DNA of 64,000 bases from an uncultured Sandaracinaceae bacterium (GCA_964495565.1 CAZBWQ010000003.1:7670-71669); one strand, 5' to 3'. Numbered from the stretch's first letter, positions 16,934 through 26,705 are shown. Notes: generated from the letters alone by a model not told the origin. A program made the numbers and translations.

Positions 16934-17626
16934 ATGCAGGTACGCCGGAGCCACGAACGGGGTCATGCCAACTACGGCTGGCTCGACACCCACCACACTT
17001 TTTCGTTCGCGAATTACTACGACCCCGAGCACATGGGGTTTCGGAGCCTTCGGGTCATCAACGACGACCGCGTGGTGGGCGGCGAAGGGTTTCCTACGCA
17101 CCCACATCGCGACATGGAGATCATCTCCTACGTCGTCGAGGGTGCCCTCGAGCACCAGGACAGCATGGGCAACGGGTCGATCATTCGTCCCGGCGAGGTC
17201 CAGCGCATGCGCGCGGGGACCGGCGTGACGCACAGCGAGTACAACCACTCCCGGACCGAGCCCGTGCGGTTTCTTCAAATCTGGGTGGTTCCGGAAAGAC
17301 GCGGAATGGAGCCGGGGTATGCGCAGAAGCTCTTTGGGGACGAGAGACGGGGGCGGCTGAGGCTGGTGGCATCCCGGGACGGTCGTGATGGCTCGGTTCA
17401 GATCGAGCAAGACCTGTCGATGTTTGCCTCGGTCTTGGAAGACGGGCAGCGAGTCCGTCACGAGCTCGCCGATGGGCGTCACGCGTGGATTCAAATCGTG
17501 CGAGGCAGCGTCTCGGTCGACGGAGTCGAGCTGAGCGAGGGTGACGGGGCATCCTTCGACCGGGCCTCGACGATCGAAGTCCAAGCGATTGGCGGCAGCG
17601 AGCTCATCCTCTTCGACGTCGCTTGA
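16934..17626 (+). CDS. pirin family protein (cupin; YhhW/quercetinase-like)
   Basis: Start trimmed to MQVRRSHERGHANYGWLDTHHTFSFANYYDP...GFPTHPHRDMEIISYVVEGALEHQDSMGN...VQRMRAGTGVTHSE, the canonical pirin N-domain. Confidence 0.9.
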   Translation: MQVRRSHERGHANYGWLDTHHTFSFANYYDPEHMGFRSLRVINDDRVVGGEGFPTHPHRDMEIISYVVEGALEHQDSMGNGSIIRPGEVQRMRAGTGVTHSEYNHSRTEPVRFLQIWVVPERRGMEPGYAQKLFGDERRGRLRLVASRDGRDGSVQIEQDLSMFASVLEDGQRVRHELADGRHAWIQIVRGSVSVDGVELSEGDGASFDRASTIEVQAIGGSELILFDVA

Positions 17627-17704
17627 GCGGGACCTGGACGCGGCGACGCTACCTGGATCGAGCGTTGATTCGGTGGTGCCGGCGACCGGCCGGTGATCGC
17701 AGCG

Positions 17705-18769
17705 TCAAGCGCTCGGCTTGTAGAGCCCTTTGCCGGTGATCATCGGTAGATCGAGCGCGGAAAGCAGCCCAGGGTGCGCCCCGCAGACGGCGGGAATCGC
17801 ATTGACGATCCGGGTCGCCGTCAACACGACGCCACCCACGGCGTGATCGCCGTGCTCGTCTTCGAACTCGTACTCGACACGCATGCTGGGCACGCCCCGA
17901 ATGAGCACGCGATACGAGCCGTTGCTCTGTGGCCACTCGGGCGCGAGGTCGTCGTCCAACCGGGTCACGTGCTCGACGACCAGCGCAGGGCGGCCATCCA
18001 CGATGCCCTGTACCTCGAAACGAAGCGCTCCAGTCGTGCCCTCTTCGATTTGGTAAGGTCCGAGCTGCATCGGCTTGATCGCGGGACGGCGTTCGTGAAC
18101 CTCGCGTATCTCGTCGAGCTCCAAGCCGACTCCCTCGGCCAAGAGCCGCAACGTGCCGCCCCATGCAAACGTCAGCATGCCAGGCATCAGCAACACGGGC
18201 GTGTGATCGAGCGGCTTCCCGAAACCCATGATGTCGACGATGGTTTCTGGTTGGTTGTAGGTCGCGTAGTTGATGATCTCTTGGATCCGGATTTCGCTCC
18301 AGTGCTCCGAGAGTCCCGACAGAACGAGCGGCAGGGTGTCGTTTGCAAACCCAGGGTCGATGCCCGAGGTCAAGAACGACGTGCCGCCGGCCTCGCAGGC
18401 GTCGCTCAGCCGCTTGGTGAACATGTCGTTCAGGGTGGTCGGATGAACCAACCCGACCATGGAGCAGGATACGACGTTCTTTCCGGACGCCAGAATGCGT
18501 GCCATGTCCTCGATGGCTTCTGCCGGGCGCATGCCGGCATCGGCCGTGTAACAAACGCAGTCAGCGTCGAGGGCGAGCAGCGCTTCGACGTCCCGCGTGG
18601 CTCGAATGCCAACCGGCGCAACCCCCGCGAGCTCGCCGGCGTCTTTGCCCTCCTTGGCTTCGCTGCTCACGAAGAGCCCCACGAGCTCGAGCTCTGGATG
18701 ACCGACGATGGCACGCAGCGCGTAGCGGCCTACGTTTCCCGTGCTCCACTGAATGACTTTGAAGGGCAT
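17705..18769 (-). CDS. NAD(P)-binding oxidoreductase, DapB-N-like / amine dehydrogenase-like family
   Basis: 354 aa; MPFKVIQWSTGNVGRYALRAIVGHPELELVGLFVSS... is the typical N-terminus of this family. Confidence 0.7.
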   Translation of the reverse strand: MPFKVIQWSTGNVGRYALRAIVGHPELELVGLFVSSEAKEGKDAGELAGVAPVGIRATRDVEALLALDADCVCYTADAGMRPAEAIEDMARILASGKNVVSCSMVGLVHPTTLNDMFTKRLSDACEAGGTSFLTSGIDPGFANDTLPLVLSGLSEHWSEIRIQEIINYATYNQPETIVDIMGFGKPLDHTPVLLMPGMLTFAWGGTLRLLAEGVGLELDEIREVHERRPAIKPMQLGPYQIEEGTTGALRFEVQGIVDGRPALVVEHVTRLDDDLAPEWPQSNGSYRVLIRGVPSMRVEYEFEDEHGDHAVGGVVLTATRIVNAIPAVCGAHPGLLSALDLPMITGKGLYKPSA

Positions 18770-18783
18770 GGTCTGCGTGTTTA

Positions 18784-19743
18784 GTGCAGGGCAACCACGG
18801 CTGCAATGCTAGGATCGGGCGAGGTCCCTTGAGCGAAGCGAGCCCCAAACCGGAGAGCCGCGTCTTCTGGCGCTTGGCCGCAGCATGCGCGGTCGTGCTC
18901 GTTCTGCTCAACTGGAGCTGGTACGCGTGGGCTCGTGAGATTCCAGGATCGCTTGCGGTGTATCTGATCGCGGGGAGCGCCGTGTACTTCGGCCTTCTGC
19001 GCTGGGTCGCTGGAATCCGTTTTCGGAGCTTGTCTTACGAAGCGAAGTTCGTCGTCGTCAGCGCCACGCTGTTGCTCATCGTGTTTCTCGCGTTCGGGCG
19101 CGCCAATGCCTATTTCGGATTTTGGGAGAGATACGTGCCACGCGACGCGAGGATGCCCTTGTTCGGCTTCTTCTACTTCGCGACGTGCAGCGTGCTTTTG
19201 CGGTTGGCGGTCCCCTATCTGTTGCTTCGCTTCAAGTTGCGACAGCGACCGCGTGAGTACGGCTACGTGGTGCGCGGTGGGACGCGCTGGCGTTGGGTCT
19301 ATCTCGGGCTGTTCTTGGGGATGGTCCCACTGGTGCTTTGGGCGTCGACCCTGGCCGACTTCCAAGCGAGCTACCCACAGAGCCGGGGAATCGTGGTTGC
19401 AAACCAGGTGTCGCTCCGGCTGTTCGTGATGTACCACGTCGCCTATTTCTTGATGTTCCTTTCCGGCGAGAGCTTCTGGCGCGGATACATGACCTTCGGT
19501 CTCGGGCGGGATCTCGACGTGTTGGCGCTGCCGTGGATGGTCATGCTCTACAGCATCGGCCACTACGCGAAGCCGATCCTCGAAGTGAATGGCTCGATCG
19601 TCGCCGGATACGTCCTCGGGTACCTGGCGCTGCGGCACCGCTCGTTTTTTCTCGGGGCTCTGCTCCACTGGTCGATCGCGCTGAGCATGGATCTCGCCGT
19701 CCTCTGGCAGCGAGGCGTGACCTGGGACACGCACCCCTTCTAA
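18784..19743 (+). CDS. CPBP (CAAX/Abi) family intramembrane metalloprotease-like membrane protein
   Basis: Multi-pass hydrophobic protein with ...GESFWRGY..., ...IGHYAKP... and ...LLHWSIAL... resembling the three CPBP motifs. The GTG start lies 14 nt from the divergent gene, so the start is uncertain. Confidence 0.65.
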   Translation: MQGNHGCNARIGRGPLSEASPKPESRVFWRLAAACAVVLVLLNWSWYAWAREIPGSLAVYLIAGSAVYFGLLRWVAGIRFRSLSYEAKFVVVSATLLLIVFLAFGRANAYFGFWERYVPRDARMPLFGFFYFATCSVLLRLAVPYLLLRFKLRQRPREYGYVVRGGTRWRWVYLGLFLGMVPLVLWASTLADFQASYPQSRGIVVANQVSLRLFVMYHVAYFLMFLSGESFWRGYMTFGLGRDLDVLALPWMVMLYSIGHYAKPILEVNGSIVAGYVLGYLALRHRSFFLGALLHWSIALSMDLAVLWQRGVTWDTHPF

Positions 19744-19777
19744 AACTACCGCGATTTCCAGCACTTGGACCCCAGAC

Positions 19778-19819
19778 CGCGAAAACCCGGGTGCGTCCCA
19801 GCCGGGCTCGATTTTCGCG
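19778..19819. other. imperfect hairpin CGCGAAAACCCGG-loop-CCGGG(ctcga)TTTTCGCG
   Basis: Read directly. It lies 35 nt downstream of the CPBP gene stop and 66 nt upstream of operator site C. No U-tract follows, so it is not a canonical intrinsic terminator. Confidence 0.3.
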
Positions 19820-19884
19820 ATGTGGGTCGTAGGTGGTTGAAACGACGAGGGTTTTCGAGGGCGAGCGTGTCCCCTTGCAGAAAG

Positions 19885-19898
19885 TGAAACATGTTTCA
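19885..19898. promoter_or_regulatory. KstR-type operator-like perfect palindrome TGAAACATGTTTCA (site C)
   Basis: It is located at the 5' end of the MDR-reductase operon. The central ATG (19891) is the first in-frame ATG of that ORF. Flanks are aAAGTGAAACATGTTTCAGT. Confidence 0.65.
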
Positions 19899-20937
19899 GT
19901 CTTGCCGCGTATCCGTGGCGGCAAGCAACCGAAAGATCCTGCTGAAGAGGCGTCCGGTCGGCATGCCGTCACGCGAGGACTTCGCCGTCGGTGAGGGACC
20001 GATCGGGAACCCCGGGCCAGGCGAAGTGCTGCTCCGAAATCTCTATCTGTCGATCGATCCGGCCATTCGCGGTTGGATGAGCGACGCGAAGTCGTATCTG
20101 CCGCCCATCGAGCTCGGCGACTCGATTCGCAGCGGGACTTTGTCCGAGGTCGTCGAATCGAACGCCGAGGGTTGGGAGCCGGGCGACCTCGTGCGGGCGC
20201 TCGCCGCGTGGGAATCGTACAGCGTCGTGCCGGTCCGCAACCTGCACGGCAAGGTACGCCCGATCGAAGGGGTGCCCCTTTCCTCGATGTTGAGCGTGCT
20301 CGGCGGCACCGGGCTGACCGCGTACTTCGGGCTGCTGCACGTGGGGCGCCCTCGAGCAGGCGAAACGGTCTTGGTCTCTGCAGCTGCCGGGGGGGTTGGC
20401 TCGATCGTCGGCCAGCTCGCGAAGATTCGAGGATGTCGAGCCGTGGGGCTGACGGGAACCGACGACAAGTGCAACTGGATCGTCGACGAGCTCGGCTACG
20501 ACGTGGCCATCAACTACAAGACGGCCGACCTCAAGGCCGCGCTCGGCGAGGCCTGTCCCGATGGCGTCGACGTCTTCTTCGACAGTGTGGGCGGGGAGAT
20601 TTTGAACACGGTGCTGACACGGATTCGTTACCACGGACGCGTCGTCATTTGCGGGGCGATGTCCCAGATCAATGCGCGGGAGCTGCCCCCCGGCCCGAGC
20701 AACTATCTTCAGCTTCTGGCCAAGAGCGCGCGGATGGAAGGCTTCACGACGTTGGACTTCGCGACTCGCTACGACGATGCCCGCCAAGAGCTGGCAAAGT
20801 GGATCGCAGAGGGCAAGATCGTTCACCGTGACGACGTCGTCGAGGGGCTGGAGCGTGCACCGGCGCATTTGCTCCGACTATTCACCGGCGATCATCGCGG
20901 CAAACTGATGGTCGAAATCGCCGAAGCAGAGGTGTGA
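19891..20937 (+). CDS. NADP-dependent oxidoreductase, MDR superfamily (CurA/YncB / alkenal-enone reductase type)
   Basis: ...SNRKILLKRRPVGMPSREDFAV...GEVLLRNLYLSIDPAIRGWMSD...VLVSAAAGGVGSIVGQLAKIRG.... The start is uncertain (ATG 19891 inside the palindrome, or GTG 19915). Confidence 0.85.
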   Translation: MFQSCRVSVAASNRKILLKRRPVGMPSREDFAVGEGPIGNPGPGEVLLRNLYLSIDPAIRGWMSDAKSYLPPIELGDSIRSGTLSEVVESNAEGWEPGDLVRALAAWESYSVVPVRNLHGKVRPIEGVPLSSMLSVLGGTGLTAYFGLLHVGRPRAGETVLVSAAAGGVGSIVGQLAKIRGCRAVGLTGTDDKCNWIVDELGYDVAINYKTADLKAALGEACPDGVDVFFDSVGGEILNTVLTRIRYHGRVVICGAMSQINARELPPGPSNYLQLLAKSARMEGFTTLDFATRYDDARQELAKWIAEGKIVHRDDVVEGLERAPAHLLRLFTGDHRGKLMVEIAEAEV

Positions 20938-21842
20938 CGATGGCAGGAATTTGTGAAGGACGGGTCGTGATCGTGACGGGCGCAGGCCGTGGCATCGGCC
21001 GGGAGCATGCCCTCGAGTTCGCGAGGCAGGGCGCCAAAGTGGTGGTCAACGATCTCGGCGTCAGCAACAGCGGCGAAGGGCCCGACGAAGGACCGGCACA
21101 CGAGGTGGTTCGCGCGATCCGCGAGATGGGTGGAGAAGCGGTCGCAAACGGGGCCGACGTTGCGGACTGGGCGCAATCCGAAGCCCTGGTCCGACAAGCG
21201 ATCGACGAGTTCGGTCGACTCGACGTCGTCGTCAACAACGCGGGGTTCGTTCGAGATCGTATGTTCGTGAGCTGCAGCGAGGACGAGTGGGACGCCGTGA
21301 TCCGGGTGCACCTCAAAGGGCACTTTTGCGTCACGCGGCACGCGGCGGCGTACTGGAGGCAGCGTGTGAAATCCGGTGAGGAGGTCGACGCACGCATCAT
21401 CAACACGAGCTCCGGAGCCGGTGTCCTCGGAAGCGTCGGACAGGCCAGTTACTCGGCGGCCAAGGCGGGGATCGCGACGTTGACGCTCGTTCAGGCCGCA
21501 GAGCTCGGTCGCTACGGCATCACCGCGAACGCCATCTGTCCCATCGCGCGCACCCGCATGACGGAGGTCTTCGGCGATGCGATGAAAGCTCCCGAGCAAG
21601 GCTTCGACCGCAACGATCCTGCCAACGTCTCTCCGTTCGTGGTCTGGCTCGGCAGCGCCCAATCCCGTGGCGTCACCGGCCGGGTCTGGGAGGTGTTCGG
21701 GGGCACGATCACCGTGTTCGACGGGTACCGGCGCGAGCAGACCGTCGACATCGGCAAGCGGTGGGATCCGGCCGCCATCGGGTCGGCCGTCGAAGAGGTT
21801 CTTTCGAAAGCGCGCCCGCCCGTCGAGGTCTACGGCTCATGA
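20934..21842 (+). CDS. SDR, MFE-2 / 17beta-HSD4 (Hsd4A-like) 3-hydroxyacyl-CoA dehydrogenase type
   Basis: ...VVIVTGAGRGIGREHA...VVVNDLG...VVVNNAGFVRDRMF...EDEWDAVIRVHLKGHF...SYSAAKAG.... GTGA overlap with the preceding stop; an alternative ATG lies at 20940. Confidence 0.85.
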   Translation: MTMAGICEGRVVIVTGAGRGIGREHALEFARQGAKVVVNDLGVSNSGEGPDEGPAHEVVRAIREMGGEAVANGADVADWAQSEALVRQAIDEFGRLDVVVNNAGFVRDRMFVSCSEDEWDAVIRVHLKGHFCVTRHAAAYWRQRVKSGEEVDARIINTSSGAGVLGSVGQASYSAAKAGIATLTLVQAAELGRYGITANAICPIARTRMTEVFGDAMKAPEQGFDRNDPANVSPFVVWLGSAQSRGVTGRVWEVFGGTITVFDGYRREQTVDIGKRWDPAAIGSAVEEVLSKARPPVEVYGS

Positions 21843-22621
21843 GGCAACCTTTCGACTTTTCGAAGACCACCGTGCTGGTGACGGGCGGAAGCCGCGGGAT
21901 CGGCCGAGGCATCGCCGAGGCCTTTTTGGCGATGGGAGCCGAAGTCGTCATCTGCGGCCGGAGCGAGCCCGAGCGTCTGCCCACGGCAAGCGACAACAGC
22001 GCGAGCTTCATCCAGGCCGACGTGCGAGACGCGAACCAAGTCGAGGCGCTGTTCGAGCAGATCCGGAGCCGCCTCGGCCGACTCGACGTCCTGATCAACA
22101 ACGCGGGCGGGGCGCCTCCTGCGGACGCGGCGACGGCGTCGCCTCGATTCTCGGAGAAGGTCATCCAGCTGAATCTCATCGCCGCTCTGCACTGCGCGCA
22201 ACAAGCCAATCGACTCATGCAGGCGCAACGCTCGGGTGGCTCCATCATCAACATCGCGAGCGTGTCGGGGGTGCGTCCGTCGCCCGGAACCGCTGCGTAC
22301 GGCGCCGCCAAGGCCGGTCTCATCAATCTGACGGGAAGCCTGGCCATCGAGTGGGCGCCCAAAGTGCGTGTCAATGCGATCTCGGCGGGTCTCATCGAGA
22401 CCGAGCAAGCGCATCTTCACTACGGCGACCAGGCTGGCGTGGCTCGTGTCGCCGAAACCGTACCCCTCAGGCGCCTGGGCACCTCGGAGGACATCGCCGG
22501 AGCATGCTTGTATCTCGCTTCCCCACTCGCGTCCTACGTGAGCGGCGCCAACCTGCTCTTGCACGGCGGAGGTGAGACGCCCGCCTTCCTCGCCGCCGCA
22601 ACGGCCAACCGTGAGGAGTGA
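21839..22621 (+). CDS. SDR family oxidoreductase
   Basis: Start trimmed to MRQPFDFSKTTVLVTGGSRGIGRGIA (ATGA overlap). NNAG and AAYGAAKAG motifs are present. Confidence 0.85.
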   Translation: MRQPFDFSKTTVLVTGGSRGIGRGIAEAFLAMGAEVVICGRSEPERLPTASDNSASFIQADVRDANQVEALFEQIRSRLGRLDVLINNAGGAPPADAATASPRFSEKVIQLNLIAALHCAQQANRLMQAQRSGGSIINIASVSGVRPSPGTAAYGAAKAGLINLTGSLAIEWAPKVRVNAISAGLIETEQAHLHYGDQAGVARVAETVPLRRLGTSEDIAGACLYLASPLASYVSGANLLLHGGGETPAFLAAATANREE

Positions 22622-22627
22622 GAGCCC

Positions 22628-23767
22628 ATGGACTTTGCGTTTTCGGAGGAACAAAACGAGCTGAGGAGAGTCGCGAGGCGCTTTCTCGAGGTGGCATCCG
22701 CCGAGGACCGGGTCCGCTCGGCGATGGCGACGGAGCGGGGCTACGATCCCTCGGTCTGGGAGCAGCTTTCGAAGGAGCTGGCCTGGACGGCCCTGACCAT
22801 TCCAGAGGAGCATGGGGGGCTCGGCATGAGCTACCTCGACCTCCATCCACTCATGGAGGAAATGGGGCGCGCGTTGCTGTGCTCCCCGTTCTTTTCGACG
22901 ATCTGCCTCGGAGCCAACGCGTTGCTGGTGGGCGGAACCGAAGCCCAAAAGGCCCACTACCTTCCAGCCGTCGCGGCAGGCGACGTGAAGCTGACCCTGG
23001 CTTACGCAGAGCAGGTCCATCCCGACGAGCCCGAAGGGATCGAGACGACGTACCGCCGGGACGGCGTCGACTACGTGCTCACCGGAGCAAAGAGCTACGT
23101 GCTCGACGGCCACACGGCAGACGCGATCATCGTCGTCGCCAGGGCGCCGGGCAGCCGTGGCGCCGACGGCGTGAGCCTGTTCTTGGTGCCCGGGGAGACG
23201 AGGGGCTTGAAGCGCGTCTGGCTGCCGACCATGGATCAAACGCGGCGGTTGGCCGCGTTGCAACTCGACGACGTCGTCGTTCCACGCGATGCGCTGGTGG
23301 GCCTCGAAGGAAGCGGATGGACCTCGTGCGAAAAAACGCTCGATCTCGCGAGAATCGCCCTCGCTGCGGAGCAGGTGGGCGGCGCCGAGAAGACACTCGA
23401 CATGTCGGTCGAGTACGCGAAAGTGCGCCAGCAGTTCGGCCGGCCGATCGGGTCGTTTCAGGCGATCAAACACAAGTGTGCCGACATGCTGACGATGGTC
23501 GAGTCCGCACGGTCCGCGGCGTTCTATGCGAGCGCGCTGGCTTCGCAGGGCGAGCAGGATCTCGCCGAAGCGGCATCAGGCGCGAAATCGTATTGCTCCG
23601 ACACCTTCTTTCACTGCGCTGCGGAGAACATCCAGATCCACGGTGGGATCGGGTTTACCTGGGAGCATCCCGCCCATCTGTATTTCAAGCGAGCGAAATC
23701 CTCGGAGGCTCTTTTCGGGGATCCTCCTTTTCACCGCGAGCGCGTCGCGCGATGCATGGGGTTGTGA
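22628..23767 (+). CDS. acyl-CoA dehydrogenase (first of an adjacent pair)
   Basis: 379 aa; MDFAFSEEQNELRRVARRFLE..., ...REQFGRPIGSFQAIKHKCADM..., ...QIHGGIGFTWEHPAHLYFKRA. Confidence 0.9.
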   Translation: MDFAFSEEQNELRRVARRFLEVASAEDRVRSAMATERGYDPSVWEQLSKELAWTALTIPEEHGGLGMSYLDLHPLMEEMGRALLCSPFFSTICLGANALLVGGTEAQKAHYLPAVAAGDVKLTLAYAEQVHPDEPEGIETTYRRDGVDYVLTGAKSYVLDGHTADAIIVVARAPGSRGADGVSLFLVPGETRGLKRVWLPTMDQTRRLAALQLDDVVVPRDALVGLEGSGWTSCEKTLDLARIALAAEQVGGAEKTLDMSVEYAKVRQQFGRPIGSFQAIKHKCADMLTMVESARSAAFYASALASQGEQDLAEAASGAKSYCSDTFFHCAAENIQIHGGIGFTWEHPAHLYFKRAKSSEALFGDPPFHRERVARCMGL

Positions 23768-24942
23768 TGGAGCTACAGCTGACCGAAGAGGAAGAAGCGT
23801 TCCGACAGGAAGTGAGGTCCTGGCTCGCCGAGCAGCTCGGTGGGCCTTACCGCCATCTCCGCGGGCGTGGCGCGTCGGGTGACCAGGAGTCCTACGTCGA
23901 AGAACGCATCGAGTGGGGCAAAGTCATGGGAGCGGCAGGCTGGAACTGCATCGGGTGGCCCGAGGAATACGGTGGCCGCGGCTGCACCATCAAAGAGGAA
24001 GCGATCTTCAACGAGGAGTACGTGCGCGCCAACGGCCCCGGTCGAGTCGGCCACATCGGAGAGACTTTGCTCGGGCCCACGCTGATTCACTTCGGGACGG
24101 ACGAGCAGCGACGGCGTTTTCTCCCACCGATCGTGTCGGGCGACGAGATCTGGTGTCAGGGCTACTCGGAGCCGGGCGCCGGATCCGACCTCGCCAACGT
24201 GCAGACCAAAGCGACCCTCGTGGGGAACGAATGGATCATCGAAGGACAGAAGATCTGGACCTCCGGGGCGCTGCACTCGGACTGGTGCTTCGTCCTGTGC
24301 CGAACGGACCCTTCGGCACCCAAACATCGGGGTATCAGCTACATCCTGGTGCCGATGCACCAAGACGGCATCGAGATTCGGCCGATCAAGCAAATGAGCG
24401 GAGGAGCCGAGTTCGCCGAAGTGTTCTTCGATGGCGCGAAGGCACGACAGGATCACGTGGTGGGAGGAGTCAACGAGGGCTGGAAGGTCGCGATGGGAAC
24501 GCTGGCGTTCGAGCGCGGCGCATCGACCTTGGGTCAGCAGTACCTCTTCCAACAAGAGCTCGAGCAAGTGCTCGAGACTGCCAAGCGGACAGGCGCCGCC
24601 AAGGATCCCGTCTTCCGCCAACGCCTCGCGGCTGCCCAGATCGGCTTGAGGATCATGCGAGTCAATGCGCTGCGCACGTTGGAGCACCAGGGCGCAGACC
24701 TGAGCCGTGAAGCGCTGATCAGCAAGCTCTATTGGTCGAACTGGCACCGCGATCTCGGTAAGCTCGCCATGGACGTGCTCGGCCTAGACGCGGAGCTCAT
24801 CGAGGGGACGCCTTACGAGCTGACCTCGATGCAGAAGTGGTACCTATTCGCGAGAGCCGATACGATTTACGCAGGCTCGAACCAGATTCAAAGAAACATC
24901 ATCGGCGAGCGAGGGCTCGGCCTCCCGAAGGAGCCTCGATGA
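23767..24942 (+). CDS. acyl-CoA dehydrogenase (second of the pair), paralog of 4605..5765
   Basis: Start trimmed to MELQLTEEEEAFRQEVRSWLAEQL (TGATG junction). ...WCQGYSEPGAGSDLANVQTKA..., ...YAGSNQIQRNIIGERGLGLPK. Confidence 0.9.
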   Translation: MELQLTEEEEAFRQEVRSWLAEQLGGPYRHLRGRGASGDQESYVEERIEWGKVMGAAGWNCIGWPEEYGGRGCTIKEEAIFNEEYVRANGPGRVGHIGETLLGPTLIHFGTDEQRRRFLPPIVSGDEIWCQGYSEPGAGSDLANVQTKATLVGNEWIIEGQKIWTSGALHSDWCFVLCRTDPSAPKHRGISYILVPMHQDGIEIRPIKQMSGGAEFAEVFFDGAKARQDHVVGGVNEGWKVAMGTLAFERGASTLGQQYLFQQELEQVLETAKRTGAAKDPVFRQRLAAAQIGLRIMRVNALRTLEHQGADLSREALISKLYWSNWHRDLGKLAMDVLGLDAELIEGTPYELTSMQKWYLFARADTIYAGSNQIQRNIIGERGLGLPKEPR

Positions 24943-25721
24943 GCAAGCAACCCAGATACGTGAGCGGACACGGTCTGCTCGAGGGCAAAATGGTTCTCGT
25001 CACTGCGTCGGCGGGAACGGGAATCGGATTCGCGACCGCCATGCGGTGTGCCGAAGAGGGGGCCGCCGGGCTCGTCATCAGCGACATCCACGAACGAAGG
25101 CTCACGGAGGCAGCAGACGAAATCGAGAGCAAAACCGGGATGCGGCCTGCCGTCGTCTTGTGCGACGTGACCAACGAGCAACAGGTGCAGACCATGTTCG
25201 AAACGGCGATCGACGCGATGGGGCACGTCGACGTCTTGATGAACAATGCCGGCCTCGGCGGATATGCCAAGGTCGTCGACATGACCGACGATCAATGGGG
25301 CAAGGTGCTCGACGTGACGCTCAACGGCTGCTTTCGATGCACGCGGGCCGCGCTTCGACACATGATGCCGCGAGGCCAGGGGACGATCGTGAACAATGCT
25401 TCGGTGCTCGGATGGAGAGCGCAGGAAGGGCAGGCACATTACGCGGCCGCCAAGGCGGGCGTGATGGCACTCACCCGGTGCGCTGCGATCGAAGCGGCAG
25501 AGGCGGGCGTACGGATCAACTGCGTCGCGCCCTCCCTCGCGATGCACCCGTTTCTCGAAAAAGTCACCCCGCCCGGGCTCCTCGAGGAGCTCCAAAAACG
25601 GGAGGCGTTCGGCCGGGGCGCCGAGCCCTGGGAGGTGTCGAACGTCATGGTGTTCTTGGCGAGCGACTACAGCTCCTACATGACCGGCGAGGTGGTCTCC
25701 GTCTCGAACCAGCACGCCTGA
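24939..25721 (+). CDS. SDR family oxidoreductase
   Basis: Start trimmed to MSKQPRYVSGHGLLEGKMVLVTASAGTGIGFAT (ATGA overlap). NNAG and HYAAAKAG motifs are present. Confidence 0.85.
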   Translation: MSKQPRYVSGHGLLEGKMVLVTASAGTGIGFATAMRCAEEGAAGLVISDIHERRLTEAADEIESKTGMRPAVVLCDVTNEQQVQTMFETAIDAMGHVDVLMNNAGLGGYAKVVDMTDDQWGKVLDVTLNGCFRCTRAALRHMMPRGQGTIVNNASVLGWRAQEGQAHYAAAKAGVMALTRCAAIEAAEAGVRINCVAPSLAMHPFLEKVTPPGLLEELQKREAFGRGAEPWEVSNVMVFLASDYSSYMTGEVVSVSNQHA

Positions 25722-25727
25722 CACCCG

Positions 25728-26705
25728 TTACCGGGCTGCCACGCGTTGCTGCCAGGCGTCCGAGTGCCGAAGCAGGTAGCGCCTGATCAAAGGCGCAACC
25801 GGCCGTACCAGAGGACGGGTGAAACGCGATTTTCGGCGCAGCTCTTCGACGAGATCGTCGAAGCGGTGCCTTTGATAGCGCAACAACGCCTGACTCTCCG
25901 TGGTATCGAGCCAATCGCAGTAGTAGACGTCGGTCCCGTACGCCTCCTCGGGAAACCGCCCGAGTCCCGCGGCCTCGAACATGGCGCCGTAGAGCTCCCC
26001 GAACGTGAGGCGGCAGCCCTCTCCCCCTCCGATCATCAGGATTTTGCCCCACGCCTCCGGAGTCTCGAGGGCGCGCACCTGCGCAAGCGCCACGTCTTCG
26101 GGGTGGACCCACTCGAGCCGCGTTCGCGGATCGATGCCGAACAGAACCCGAAAGACGTCTGGTGACAGGTCACCGGCCGCGGTCTTGGTCCCCACCGAGA
26201 CACCGATCCGCAAAATGACGTGAGGCAACCCGGACGACTGCAACAAGCCCTCGCATTCGGCTTTGTTCGACGTGTAGACGTCGGTGCCGAAGGCAGGGTC
26301 CGCGGACGTCAGTGGAGGCCCTCCAGGAGCGCGGGGCCCACAAACCGAGAGCGAGGACGCAAACACCAGCACGGGAGGCCGCTCTCGCACCCTCATCGCA
26401 GCCAAGAGATTTCGGGTTCCGCCGACGTTGACCTCGTGCGCCAGCTGGGGGTGTTTTTCCGTAGCCGGTGCGAGAATCGCGGCGTCGTGGATGATCGCAT
26501 CGCACTCCGCCACGCACGGCTCGACGTCCTTCGCCTCGCGAATGTCGCCCCAGACGGTCGTCACCGCATCGCGAAATCGGCGTGCTTCCCGTCGGTTCCG
26601 GCGATTCGGCACGTCGAAGGCGATGACGCTGTGACCTTCCTCCAACGAGCGCCGGAGGGCCTCCTGTCCGAGCCGCCCGAAAGCGCCGGTCACCAACACC
26701 CTCAT
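25728..26705 (-). CDS. NAD-dependent epimerase/dehydratase (extended SDR)
   Basis: Start trimmed to MRVLVTGAFGRLG (ATG 26705; the ORF-track start is a TTG 12 codons upstream). YTSNK catalytic motif. Confidence 0.8.
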   Translation of the reverse strand: MRVLVTGAFGRLGQEALRRSLEEGHSVIAFDVPNRRNRREARRFRDAVTTVWGDIREAKDVEPCVAECDAIIHDAAILAPATEKHPQLAHEVNVGGTRNLLAAMRVRERPPVLVFASSLSVCGPRAPGGPPLTSADPAFGTDVYTSNKAECEGLLQSSGLPHVILRIGVSVGTKTAAGDLSPDVFRVLFGIDPRTRLEWVHPEDVALAQVRALETPEAWGKILMIGGGEGCRLTFGELYGAMFEAAGLGRFPEEAYGTDVYYCDWLDTTESQALLRYQRHRFDDLVEELRRKSRFTRPLVRPVAPLIRRYLLRHSDAWQQRVAAR

